The notes under the pieces: generated by a model | What the model was told of the DNA's origin: nothing | The model's input: the letters and a program-made list of their open reading frames with translations, nothing else | The model's database searches: none | Made by a program: the position numbers and the translations under genes | NCBI GenBank assembly: GCA_964447495.1 | Contig: CAYUTF010000060.1 | Span: 1-20,206, forward strand | Length of the DNA stretch: 20,206 bases | From: an uncultured archaeon | GTDB taxonomy: Archaea; Asgardarchaeota; Lokiarchaeia; Sigyniarchaeales; SOKP01 | Direction: 5' to 3' | In this document: positions 7,617 to 16,887 of the stretch, in pieces | Layout of the letters: every line of letters starts with the position of its first letter | Position numbering within the stretch: the first letter of the stretch is position 1

Positions 7617-9632
7617 ATGAGTGAAAATAAATCTGATGCGAAAAAAAGACGCGAACGCATTATTGGCATAGACCTGGGTACATCAAATAGTGCATGCGCC
7701 GTTTTGAGTGGTACGGGTCAGCCCGAGATTATTCCCGCTGCTGAGGGAAGAACATTGGGCGGTAAGGCTTTTCCATCATATGTCGCCTTTGATGAGAACG
7801 GGAGAAAAATTGTGGGCGAGCCAGCACGAAGACAAGCAGTAAGCAACCCCGATGGTACCGTAACCGCGATTAAACGTAAGATGGGCTTATCATATAAGGC
7901 AAAGGTGAAAGTAGGAAAAGAGTGGAAGGAATTTTCTCCAGAAGAGATTTCGGCTATGATTCTTACCAAGATCAAAAATGACGCTAGCGCATATCTTGGT
8001 GAGCAAGTTAAAAAAGCAGTAATTACTGTTCCCGCCTATTTTAACGACGCACAGCGCACCGCAACCAAAAACGCAGGTGAGATCGCGGGACTCGAGGTAG
8101 TACGAATGATTAATGAACCCACCGCAGCATGTTTAGCATATGGATTAGATAAGGATACCAAAAATAAGCTTTTGAAGATCTGTGTACTTGATTTAGGTGG
8201 TGGAACCTTCGATATTACGTTAATGGAATATGGAGAGGGTGTAGTTGAGGTTTTATCTACTGCTGGCGATACTCAGCTAGGTGGTACTGATATGGACAAT
8301 TTTATTATCGATTGGATAACAGAAGAGTTCAAGAAGAAAGAGGGAATTGATCTGAGAGGCGATTCAAAAGCAATGATACGTATCAAGGATGCAGGTGAGA
8401 AAGCAAAGATTGAATTGTCAACAACCATCTCAACTACAATCAATTTACCGTATATTTCCCAGAAAGAGGGAAATCCAGTTCATTTAGAGATGGAAATTAC
8501 ACGAGCTAAATTAGAATCACTAATCGAACCAGTCCTCAAGCGACTTGATCCAATTATGAGACGAGCAGTTTCAGATGCCAAATTATCGGTAAATGACATG
8601 GATAAGATTATTTTAGTTGGTGGACCGACAAGGATGCCTTCAGTTCAAAAAAGATTTAAAGATTACTTCGGAAAGGAGCCAGAACACTCAGTAGATCCTA
8701 TGGAATGTGTTGCGATTGGAGCAGCAATCCAAGGTGGAGTCATTGCTGGCGATGTAGAAGATTTGCTCTTATTAGATGTCACTCCTTTATCTTTAGGAGT
8801 AGAGACTCTTGGGGGCGTATTTACAAAATTAATTGAAAGAAATACCACCATTCCGACTGAGAAAAAGCAGACCTTTAGTACTGCAGCTGATAATCAACCC
8901 GCAGTAACCATTAACGTACTTCAAGGAGAGCGTGCTATGGCAAAAGACAATATCTCATTAGGAATGTTTCATCTCACGGGAATTCCGCCAGCACCTCGAG
9001 GAATACCCCAAATAGAAGTCAAATTCTCTATTGATGCCGATGGAATTGTCAACGTAAAAGCAAAAGATTTAGGCACTGGAAAAGAAACAGGTATTACAGT
9101 AACTGGCGCGAGAGGATTAACTCCTGAAGAAATTGAACAAAAAGTAAGAAATGCAGAACAATATGAAGAAGAAGATAAGAAAGTACGAGAATTAATTGAA
9201 GTAAAAAATAACGCAGATTCAATGATATATCAGACAAGGAAGTTAATGGAAGATAACAAAGAAAAGATTCAAGAAAACGAGAAGAAAGAAATTGAAGCTG
9301 CGATAAAGTCATTAGAAGAAGACATTAAAACGGATGATGTACAAAGGATTAAAATGGGAGTAGAGAATTTACAAAAATCTATGTATAGCTTTTCACAGAG
9401 AATCTATGCCTCACAAGCTCAAGACCAGGTATATCAGCAAGCTGCGGAACAAGCCCAACGTGCGGCAAGTGGAATGGGCGGTGTACCCCCAGGTGGTATG
9501 GGTGGTGTCCCTCCGGGAGGAGCAACAGAAGCAGGTCAAGGAAGTGGTGGCGCATCTTATAAGTCCGAAAAAGAAGAGAAAAAGGATAAGAAGAAAGTCG
9601 TAGACGTTGAATGGGACGAGGAAAATGATTAA
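7617..9632 (+). CDS. dnaK: Molecular chaperone DnaK (Hsp70)
   Basis: [65 protein letters not shown]; Gly/Pro-rich tail ending [11 protein letters not shown]. Confidence 0.99.
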   Translation: MSENKSDAKKRRERIIGIDLGTSNSACAVLSGTGQPEIIPAAEGRTLGGKAFPSYVAFDENGRKIVGEPARRQAVSNPDGTVTAIKRKMGLSYKAKVKVGKEWKEFSPEEISAMILTKIKNDASAYLGEQVKKAVITVPAYFNDAQRTATKNAGEIAGLEVVRMINEPTAACLAYGLDKDTKNKLLKICVLDLGGGTFDITLMEYGEGVVEVLSTAGDTQLGGTDMDNFIIDWITEEFKKKEGIDLRGDSKAMIRIKDAGEKAKIELSTTISTTINLPYISQKEGNPVHLEMEITRAKLESLIEPVLKRLDPIMRRAVSDAKLSVNDMDKIILVGGPTRMPSVQKRFKDYFGKEPEHSVDPMECVAIGAAIQGGVIAGDVEDLLLLDVTPLSLGVETLGGVFTKLIERNTTIPTEKKQTFSTAADNQPAVTINVLQGERAMAKDNISLGMFHLTGIPPAPRGIPQIEVKFSIDADGIVNVKAKDLGTGKETGITVTGARGLTPEEIEQKVRNAEQYEEEDKKVRELIEVKNNADSMIYQTRKLMEDNKEKIQENEKKEIEAAIKSLEEDIKTDDVQRIKMGVENLQKSMYSFSQRIYASQAQDQVYQQAAEQAQRAASGMGGVPPGGMGGVPPGGATEAGQGSGGASYKSEKEEKKDKKKVVDVEWDEEND

Positions 9633-9679
9633 TTTAATAATTTCTTTCTTATAATTTATTCTATTTTTTCATGTATTAC

Positions 9680-9689
9680 TTTTTTTTTT
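9680..9689 (+). terminator. Candidate archaeal oligo-T terminator after dnaK
   Basis: Run of 10 T about 50 nt after the stop, in a T-rich 278-nt gap before dnaJ. Confidence 0.4.
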
Positions 9690-9910
9690 ACGAAATAGGT
9701 TTTTTAATGATAGAATTCAGGTTCTATTAAGGAATTTATAGATTTAATTATGTTTTTGCAATATTTGTTTTTTCGTAGAGATTAAATTTATTTAATATAA
9801 TTTTATTTTGAAAAATGCCACTATTCACAAATCTAAAAAAATAAATTTTAGTGCAGATTTATTAAAATTGATAAATAATCTATAACGATGTTTTTAAGTG
9901 ATAAAGAATC

Positions 9911-11047
9911 ATGAGTTCTAGTAAGAAGAGAGATTACTACGAGGTACTTGGGGTAAGCAAGGATGCAAGTGAAAATGATATCAAGCTAGCATATCGTAAA
10001 TTGGCTCGTAAGTATCATCCCGATGTAAACAAAACAGATCCTAAAGCGAAGGAAAAATTTATAGAAGTTCAAGAAGCTTATGAAGTACTAAGTGATGCTA
10101 ATAAAAGAAGAAACTATGATCAATTTGGATTTAGTGGTGTAGATATTGACATGAGTGATTACTTTCGAGGCGGAATTCCGGGTATCGATGAGCTACTGAA
10201 ATCAATCTTTGGCGGTTTTTCCCATTTTGGCGGGTTTGATGATTTTGGATTTGGGAGTTTTGGATCAAGAGCAAGAGGAAGGTCGGTTCCTCGTAGAGAA
10301 GTGGGACAAGACTTGGAAGAACATATAACCATAAGTTTTGAAGAAGCGATGTTTGGAGTAAAAAAAGATATCCCCATCCAGAGATACACTCCCTGTGATG
10401 CTTGTGAAGGTACTGGAGCAGAAGACCCTTCGAGTGTGAAAACATGTCCTCAATGTGAAGGTTCAGGAAGAATACGAAAAATGACTCAGTCTGGATTTGG
10501 AACAATAATACGCGAATCAGAGTGTTATAGCTGTAATGGAACAGGGAAAGTTATTGAGAAAAAATGCAAAGTATGTAATGGCTCAAAAGTACTACCAGAG
10601 AAGAAAAAGATACATGTAAGTATTCCCCCTGGTGTGGAAAATGGCGTTCACTTAAAAGTGCAAGGTGCGGGTCATGTACCCTCAGTAAATGCAATACCTG
10701 GAGATTTATATGTAGGAATTCGTATTGAAGAAAATGAAAATTTTATAAGACGGGGTAATGACCTTTATACACGTGCAGATATTGATATTGTGACCGCTAT
10801 TATAGGAGGTAAAATTAAAGTTCCTACATTGGACTATAAAAATGAAACTATAAAGGAAAAAGAATTAGCAATTCCTCCCGGAACGCAATATGGTACTGAA
10901 TTCCGCATTAAGAATAGAGGCGTTTCTTATTTAAGGGGAAAAGGAAAAGGAGATCAATATGTTATCATTAATATTGAAATCCCTAAAAAACTTTCTGAGG
11001 AACAAAAGAAAGTATTAATGAAGTTCAAAGAGTTAAGCGATATTTAA
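9911..11047 (+). CDS. dnaJ: Molecular chaperone DnaJ (class A)
   Basis: J-domain with HPD, G/F-rich region, four CxxCxGxG-type repeats ([32 protein letters not shown]) and C-terminal domains. Confidence 0.99.
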   Translation: MSSSKKRDYYEVLGVSKDASENDIKLAYRKLARKYHPDVNKTDPKAKEKFIEVQEAYEVLSDANKRRNYDQFGFSGVDIDMSDYFRGGIPGIDELLKSIFGGFSHFGGFDDFGFGSFGSRARGRSVPRREVGQDLEEHITISFEEAMFGVKKDIPIQRYTPCDACEGTGAEDPSSVKTCPQCEGSGRIRKMTQSGFGTIIRESECYSCNGTGKVIEKKCKVCNGSKVLPEKKKIHVSIPPGVENGVHLKVQGAGHVPSVNAIPGDLYVGIRIEENENFIRRGNDLYTRADIDIVTAIIGGKIKVPTLDYKNETIKEKELAIPPGTQYGTEFRIKNRGVSYLRGKGKGDQYVIINIEIPKKLSEEQKKVLMKFKELSDI

Positions 11048-11153
11048 AGGTTTATTCTTGTTCTTCTTCATCTTCATAAACTTATCGAGTTATTATGTAA
11101 TAATTCAAAAGGAAAAAATATAAACTCCCTTTTACCATATTTTAATCATAATA

Positions 11154-11624
11154 ATGACCAATTTGAACCCTGAAAAATTACATGTTGTTTACAAGGATTT
11201 AGTAGATGATTCTAAGGATTTAATCCCTCGTAAATATACATTAACTCATTCTGATTCAACTGGAGATCTTTTCCTAACCATAGGAGCCGAATATGATTAT
11301 GAGCAAATATCAAAATTATACACACGATTTATGAGAGATGAAGTATTAGCTGAATGGCGAAAGAAGGATAAGCATTATGAGATCCATCTCTATTTGCATG
11401 TTAGTGGGCGATTTTGTTTTGGATGGGCAGGATTAAGAGATAGAATCTTTCGACACCATTTACCACTTGTTTTACAAGCAATAAAATATGGCGATAAGAT
11501 TTTATTCGATTATATGCCAGAGCTTGAAGATTCTTACATTTTAATTCATTTCAAGTCTCATAGGAAAAAATATAACTTAATAGAAAATTTTGGGATAATT
11601 AAAGAGATCTCATTATTTTCTTAA
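11154..11624 (+). CDS. Staygreen (SGR) family protein
   Basis: NPEKLHV, PRKYTLTHSDSTGDLFLTIG, RDEVLAEW, RIFRHHLPLVLQAIKYGD, HFKS motifs. Confidence 0.92.
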   Translation: MTNLNPEKLHVVYKDLVDDSKDLIPRKYTLTHSDSTGDLFLTIGAEYDYEQISKLYTRFMRDEVLAEWRKKDKHYEIHLYLHVSGRFCFGWAGLRDRIFRHHLPLVLQAIKYGDKILFDYMPELEDSYILIHFKSHRKKYNLIENFGIIKEISLFS

Positions 11625-11658
11625 AGAACTCAATCTAGCTAAAAATATCTTCTGCAAA

Positions 11659-13674
11659 TTACTTAATTATATGTGGTTGGGTTTTCTTTAATGGATGTGG
11701 TTGGGTTTCCTTTAATGGATGTGGTTGGGTTTTCTTAAACTGATTACTTTTTGAGGGATCTTTCAAATTTTGGATTGCATTTTCGATGGTTTCAAGTTTA
11801 ATAGAATATTTCTCGAACAGCTCAGTAAAACTATTAACATCGATGTCATTATTTTCATAAAGAATTTGCAATTGCTTTAATGTTCTTCCCACTCCTGCCT
11901 TATTATTTCTTAATTCTTCGATCCTATTAAAATTAATCAGTACTTCTGACATTATATTTTTATAACGTAAATAGGCATCGAAATTAAGATCTTTTTGGTC
12001 ATATTTGGTTAAAAAATTGGTAGTTCTTGGAATAAAGGGCGCTAGGTTTTCCGGAATTATTATCAAGGGCTCGGGATCTTGAATTTCCATTGCTTCTGCT
12101 TCACTTATTTCCTCAACGTCATTTTCCATAATATTTTCATTTACTACTGACAAATTATAGTTTAATTTCTGTTTTGCAGCTTCTGATATATTAGGATACT
12201 TTTTGAGTATAAATTCCCATAAATCCTCTGCTTTAAAGTAGTAATAATTTGCTTTTTTCTTCAGTTTTTCTATAATATCTTCATTTTCATTGGCATCTGG
12301 TGATTTCGATAAAAATGTGGCCTTCAAATGACAAGCTTTTCCAATATCATAATTATATTGTGCTTTTAGTTGATAATGTTTTGTTTGACCATAAGTTCTT
12401 AAAAATGCTAACCTTTTGGTTAATGCACTCAGTCCTGCGGATAATTTTGCTGCAATTGAATAGTTTTCTCTCTGAATCTCGCTTAATGTAGCGAGATTTT
12501 GAGCAAGAATACGAGATTGTTCGGAATTTAATTCAAGAATTTCAACAGACAATGCTGATCCCTTATCTTGTTGTCGAGTGCAAGCAGCACTAAAGTAAGC
12601 AGCAGTTTTATACATTTTACTACATTCAACCATTGCAACTATTGCATTTTCCATTAAACCATCCACTTCAAATTTTCTGGATAGATAAGAATATGCTTGA
12701 GCAGAGAGCCATAGTGCTCGTGCGCACTCAAAAATTAGATCCCATATTTGAATATCTCTTCTTTCGATTGGATCGTAAAATGTTGATGAAATATCTAATT
12801 CCTTTAAAAGTCTAATTTGACTTTGGGTTTTATAATTAATATTTAAGATTTTTATATATTCTATGATATAATTAAGTTCAGAAAAAGCGAAATCTTCCTT
12901 TCGCTGCACGTAAGTTTCTAAATGCTTCATTTTGTAATGTAGAAAACGAATCCTCTGCATTATTTCTTCTGTGAAAAATGGTTTGCCTTTGTATTGCTTA
13001 ATTATTTGGTCAGTTTTTATTGGCTTTTTTTCAACTTTTTGTTTTAATTTTTTATTATCAGGAGAGGTTTTCTTTTTTATCTGGGAAATAACATCTGAAT
13101 TAAGCTGTGTTTTATTTTCTATAGGTTTAAATGGAACAAAATCAGAGATTTGTGTTTTTTTTGGTAATTCTTTAACTTTTGGGACTTTAACTTCATTCTT
13201 TGTAACTTTGGGGACCTTAGTTTCATTCTTTGGGATGGAAACAATAAGATTTTCTTCTTTCTCTTTTATCCTCATACTTTCCAGATATTTTTGTGCTATT
13301 TCGATATATCTTTTTGCATTAGATATCCCAATGCCCTTAGTTCGTGATAAATCTTCAATATTGGAACTTGCCAATTTTTCTATAGATTCGAGAGGGACTT
13401 TTGCTATATTCTTAATGTTTTCTGATTCTAACTCTTTTGAAGGAATACGTTCTTTTATTATTTTATTAATGGCTTCTTTTGTTTCTATGTTTTTTAAATG
13501 TCTGTTTGCAATCAATATATACTTTTTTGCATCTTGTACACTAATTCCTTCTATTTTTGATATTCTTTCTACGCTACTATTTGCTAATTCCTCTATTGAA
13601 TTAATATTATGCTGTTTCAATTTCTCTACAGTTGATTTTCCAATCCCTTTAACCATGTCCGCTATCGAAATCAT
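11659..13674 (-). CDS. HhH-domain protein with putative Bro1-like domain and steadiness-box-like C-terminus (paralog 1)
   Basis: N-terminal VKGIG..IEGIS HhH pair plus a second partial copy (TKGIG); Lys-rich linker; roughly 400-aa helical region colinear with 14542..16722. HhH call is solid, Bro1/SB calls are by-eye inference. Confidence 0.8.
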   Translation of the reverse strand: MISIADMVKGIGKSTVEKLKQHNINSIEELANSSVERISKIEGISVQDAKKYILIANRHLKNIETKEAINKIIKERIPSKELESENIKNIAKVPLESIEKLASSNIEDLSRTKGIGISNAKRYIEIAQKYLESMRIKEKEENLIVSIPKNETKVPKVTKNEVKVPKVKELPKKTQISDFVPFKPIENKTQLNSDVISQIKKKTSPDNKKLKQKVEKKPIKTDQIIKQYKGKPFFTEEIMQRIRFLHYKMKHLETYVQRKEDFAFSELNYIIEYIKILNINYKTQSQIRLLKELDISSTFYDPIERRDIQIWDLIFECARALWLSAQAYSYLSRKFEVDGLMENAIVAMVECSKMYKTAAYFSAACTRQQDKGSALSVEILELNSEQSRILAQNLATLSEIQRENYSIAAKLSAGLSALTKRLAFLRTYGQTKHYQLKAQYNYDIGKACHLKATFLSKSPDANENEDIIEKLKKKANYYYFKAEDLWEFILKKYPNISEAAKQKLNYNLSVVNENIMENDVEEISEAEAMEIQDPEPLIIIPENLAPFIPRTTNFLTKYDQKDLNFDAYLRYKNIMSEVLINFNRIEELRNNKAGVGRTLKQLQILYENNDIDVNSFTELFEKYSIKLETIENAIQNLKDPSKSNQFKKTQPHPLKETQPHPLKKTQPHIIK
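11671..11736. repeat. 24-bp tandem repeat x2.75 encoding K(K/E)TQPHPL at the protein C-terminus
   Basis: ATGTGGTTGGGTTT(T/C)CTTTAATGG at 11671 and 11695, partial at 11719; one mismatch. Confidence 0.95.
13173..13232. repeat. 30-bp tandem duplication in the linker (KNETKVPKV / KNEVKVPKV)
   Basis: Two copies, 13173-13202 and 13203-13232, 26/30 identical. Confidence 0.85.
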
Positions 13675-13695
13675 ATTAATCAGATAATAAAATAG

Positions 13696-13737
13696 ATTTC
13701 AATATATATACTTATTCAATTCTTTTTTTTAAACTTA
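13696..13737 (-). promoter_or_regulatory. Promoter of paralog 1: TATA box plus conserved upstream motif
   Basis: Minus strand TAAGTTTAAAAAAAA-N14-TATATA-N2-GAAAT-N21-ATG; same layout upstream of paralog 2. Confidence 0.7.
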
Positions 13738-13900
13738 ATCAAATCACTCTTGATTTTGTTGGATAAATTGAAGTATCTTTAAGCAGGATTTTTTGTACAC
13801 AAGATTTTAACACAAATTAGAAAAATGCTTGAATTATGATTTCCAATTACATAAAGATTATTAAATTTAAAAAAATAATATTTTACGTTTTATACCAATT

Positions 13901-14443
13901 TTAATATTGTATAGATTTATTTAAATTACGATTCTCAATTAAAGTGGGATGTTCTTTTTCTAAAATTCTTTTACTTCTAGTGAGAGTATCTTTAATAGCT
14001 TTAATTTCTGCCCTAGTTTTTAAATTTATGTTTTTTTTCAAACATTCAAGGATTTTTTTTTCCTGATATCCATACCCATAAAGTTTTAAAAATTCTTGGA
14101 TAGCTTTTTTACTGTAGAATATATAACGTTTATCTAAATATACAATGAGCCATTTTTTATGTCTTTGACGTTTTGAGAGCTTATACATATAGTTTTGAAC
14201 TATAGGTATTGATCGACTAATTTTCCTAGAAACCATGAAATCTTCAATTTTATCATATTTATTCATTAATTTAATTAGCCTTTTCCTAAAGGAAAGAGAG
14301 GGAATATAAGAAACAATAAACCCAAATATAAAAGTTAATGTTATAAGTATTGCAAATACTCTATTATAAACAAAAATTGCTAATATTACTAAAATTAACA
14401 AAAAGAACCAAGATTTACTAAATATTGTACCAATTTTACTCAT
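13901..14443 (-). CDS. Membrane-anchored basic protein, two N-terminal TM helices and putative tandem winged-helix domains
   Basis: Hydrophobic residues about 10-48; then a three-helix plus beta-hairpin pattern (KRLIKLMNKY/EDFMVSRKI/SIPIVQNYMYKLS/WLIVYL-RYIFY) and a second three-helix unit; SD-like GAGG upstream. Confidence 0.7.
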   Translation of the reverse strand: MSKIGTIFSKSWFFLLILVILAIFVYNRVFAILITLTFIFGFIVSYIPSLSFRKRLIKLMNKYDKIEDFMVSRKISRSIPIVQNYMYKLSKRQRHKKWLIVYLDKRYIFYSKKAIQEFLKLYGYGYQEKKILECLKKNINLKTRAEIKAIKDTLTRSKRILEKEHPTLIENRNLNKSIQY

Positions 14444-14541
14444 ACCTTCTCCCTCAACAATTTATTAGGTAATTAACAAAAAGATGAAATTATTTATATA
14501 TTTTACATATATGCTTATAAATTTAATTTAAATTCATTAAT

Positions 14542-16722
14542 TCAAGATTTATTATACTCCTCGATGGCACTATTTATATCATTAATCTTTATTCTATATT
14601 TTTCTAAAAGTTCCATATATTTATCAATATCAATGTCGTTATTATCATATAAATATTCTAATTCATTAATAAGACGTCCTAAAGCCGCTTTTCTATTTAA
14701 AAGTCCAGACTTCTTATTTAGAACTATTTTTTCTTCAAACTGCATACTTCTAAATCTTTTCAATCTTTTTACACTATGATCTCTATAAGAATACCTTCGT
14801 AAAAAACAAACAACTTTAGGTACGTGCTCCGATAAATTTTCTGGCACTATAATAATTGGATCAGGATCTTGAATATTTTTTACATTTTTATAATCTAAAA
14901 TCTCTACATCGTTTTCCATTATATTTTCATTAACAACTTTTAGGTTTTTTTCTATGTCGCTTTTTTCTTCTTTTGAAAGGTCTTTAAAATTTTGAATAAT
15001 ATTTTCCCATAATCCCTCAGCAATAGAATAATAATAATTAGCTTTTAGTAATTTTTGATTGCCTTTTTCCATAGCTTGTTTATTTTTCTCTTTTGGGAAT
15101 AATGAAGCTATAATTGCTCTGGCTTTTAAATGACATGATTTCCCCAAATCATAAGTAAATTGTGCTTTTATTTTCATTTTCGTTTTTTCATCATGTGGCT
15201 TCAAATAGTATAATCTTTTTGACAATGCGCTTAAACCAGCATACAATTTAGATGCTAAATAAAAGTTATTATTTCTTTCTTCCTTTAGAGCAGCAACACT
15301 CTGAGCTATAATTCTAGTTTCTTCAGATTTAAATTCTAAGTATTCTGGATTTAAACTAGATCCAATATATTTTTGATTAACCGCAGCTCCGCTAAAATAT
15401 GATGCTGCTTTATACGATTTGCTACATTCAACCATTGTTACTACAGCATGCTCCCAATTTCCTTCACTCTCATATTTTTCTGACAAATTAGCACAGAATA
15501 ATGCCATAACCCATAGAGTACGAGCGCATTCAAACATTATATCATAAATGTTTATATCTACTCTTTCAACAGGGTCATAATAAGATAAAGTTAAATCTAG
15601 TTCTCTTAGGATTAAATTTTGATTTTTTGTTTTATAGTTCAAGTTAAGTAATGTTATATATTCATGAAATAGCTCAATATCTTTTATAGAATAAGAACTT
15701 TCTCCTCTAAAAACTTCTTTCTCTATTTTTTTAATTTTAAAATGTAAAAATCGAATCCTTCGGACAGTCTCCACTTCAAAAAAAACTTTAGAATAATCAA
15801 TAGAAATTTCTTTTTCTTTAATTTCTGAAGCTGTATTACTATTTTCGGGTTCTTTACTTACTTGCGATGCAGTAGCTTTTACACGTTGCTTTTTTTCCTT
15901 TCTTTTCACATGTCGAGTTTTTTTAGGAATAACAGTAGTTGTCTCTTGATAAGAAGATACTTTCTCCATTGATAGTAAATTTTTCTTTCGTTTTTCAACA
16001 ATCTTTTTCCCTTTTGATTTATTTTTTGATTTTCCGAGTTCTGAAAGTTCTTTCTTGGCAACAGCAATTTTTCCTTCTTTTAATGAAATATACGCTTTAA
16101 TAGGTTGTTCAGATGAGTATTCCTCCTTCATTGATTTTGGAATATCTAATATCTTTTCTGAAGTAGATGGATTTGAAGTATCTAAAAACTCTCTTAAAAT
16201 AAGATGATTTGAGTTTTTCTCATATTCTTGAACATATTCAAAATTTTCTTCAGAAGGCGTTAGAGATTTAGAAATTCTTTCTCCCTGGGAGGCATTTTTT
16301 TCTTTAGATTTGTTTTTTTCTATTTCATTTCCTTGAGCAATATCATCATAATCATTGGGAGATATTTGATTTGGAACATTCAATGTTTTTCGTGAAAAAT
16401 ATGATTGAGAGTTGTTCAAATGAGAGTTGTTTAAATTATCTTCGAATTCTCGAATTGGATGGTTTAATATTGAATTAATCGGAATTGGGTTATTACTTCT
16501 TAAAGTGATGTTTTTCTCAATCTTCCTATCAATCATACTTTCAAGAAAGTTTTGGGCAAAAGAGATATATCTATTCGCCATTGAATTCCCAATACCGTGA
16601 ATTTTTAATAAATCTTCAACGCTCGATGACGCAAGTTTGGTTATTGAGTCAATTCCGTGCCCTTTCATCCTTTCTGCTGTCTTTTTTCCAATTCCCTTAA
16701 CCAGTTGTAAATCTAATGTCAT
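14542..16722 (-). CDS. HhH-domain protein with putative Bro1-like domain and steadiness-box-like C-terminus (paralog 2)
   Basis: VKGIGKKTAERM...IHGIG HhH pair; long charged low-complexity linker; conserved blocks RIRFLH, YDPxER, FECAR, MVECSK, AGLSAL, CHLKA, KANYYY, VVNENIMENDVE, IQDP, PENL, LYxNNDID shared with paralog 1. Confidence 0.8.
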   Translation of the reverse strand: MTLDLQLVKGIGKKTAERMKGHGIDSITKLASSSVEDLLKIHGIGNSMANRYISFAQNFLESMIDRKIEKNITLRSNNPIPINSILNHPIREFEDNLNNSHLNNSQSYFSRKTLNVPNQISPNDYDDIAQGNEIEKNKSKEKNASQGERISKSLTPSEENFEYVQEYEKNSNHLILREFLDTSNPSTSEKILDIPKSMKEEYSSEQPIKAYISLKEGKIAVAKKELSELGKSKNKSKGKKIVEKRKKNLLSMEKVSSYQETTTVIPKKTRHVKRKEKKQRVKATASQVSKEPENSNTASEIKEKEISIDYSKVFFEVETVRRIRFLHFKIKKIEKEVFRGESSYSIKDIELFHEYITLLNLNYKTKNQNLILRELDLTLSYYDPVERVDINIYDIMFECARTLWVMALFCANLSEKYESEGNWEHAVVTMVECSKSYKAASYFSGAAVNQKYIGSSLNPEYLEFKSEETRIIAQSVAALKEERNNNFYLASKLYAGLSALSKRLYYLKPHDEKTKMKIKAQFTYDLGKSCHLKARAIIASLFPKEKNKQAMEKGNQKLLKANYYYSIAEGLWENIIQNFKDLSKEEKSDIEKNLKVVNENIMENDVEILDYKNVKNIQDPDPIIIVPENLSEHVPKVVCFLRRYSYRDHSVKRLKRFRSMQFEEKIVLNKKSGLLNRKAALGRLINELEYLYDNNDIDIDKYMELLEKYRIKINDINSAIEEYNKS

Positions 16723-16743
16723 ATAAAGAAAAAATCACATTCA

Positions 16744-16785
16744 ATTTCGGTATATAATATTATGCTACTTTTTTTTTTAAACTTA
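16744..16785 (-). promoter_or_regulatory. Promoter of paralog 2: TATA box plus conserved upstream motif
   Basis: Minus strand TAAGTTTAAAAAAAA-N14-TATATA-N2-GAAAT-N21-ATG, identical spacing to 13696..13737. Confidence 0.7.
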
Positions 16786-16887
16786 TTTATATTAATTTTG
16801 GAATATAAATTCGGTTTCTTAATTTAGGTAAAAAAGAAAATCATAAATTAGATTAATTACCATGCAATAATTTGATTATATAATTAA

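Noticed and set aside
9470-9632. Eukaryote-like Hsp70 tail (GGMP repeats, EEVD)
   Set aside because: GGVPPGGM repeats are present, but the end is [11 protein letters not shown], the prokaryotic DnaK-type motif, and the rest of the protein is DnaK-like.
12971-13687. 238-aa plus-strand ORF rich in Phe/Ile that mimics a membrane protein
   Set aside because: Antisense shadow of the Lys/Glu-rich N-terminus of 11659..13674.
11659-16722. Annotation of the HhH proteins as RadA/Rad51 or NusA
   Set aside because: Only the N-terminal HhH pair is similar; no Walker motifs or S1/KH domains are present.
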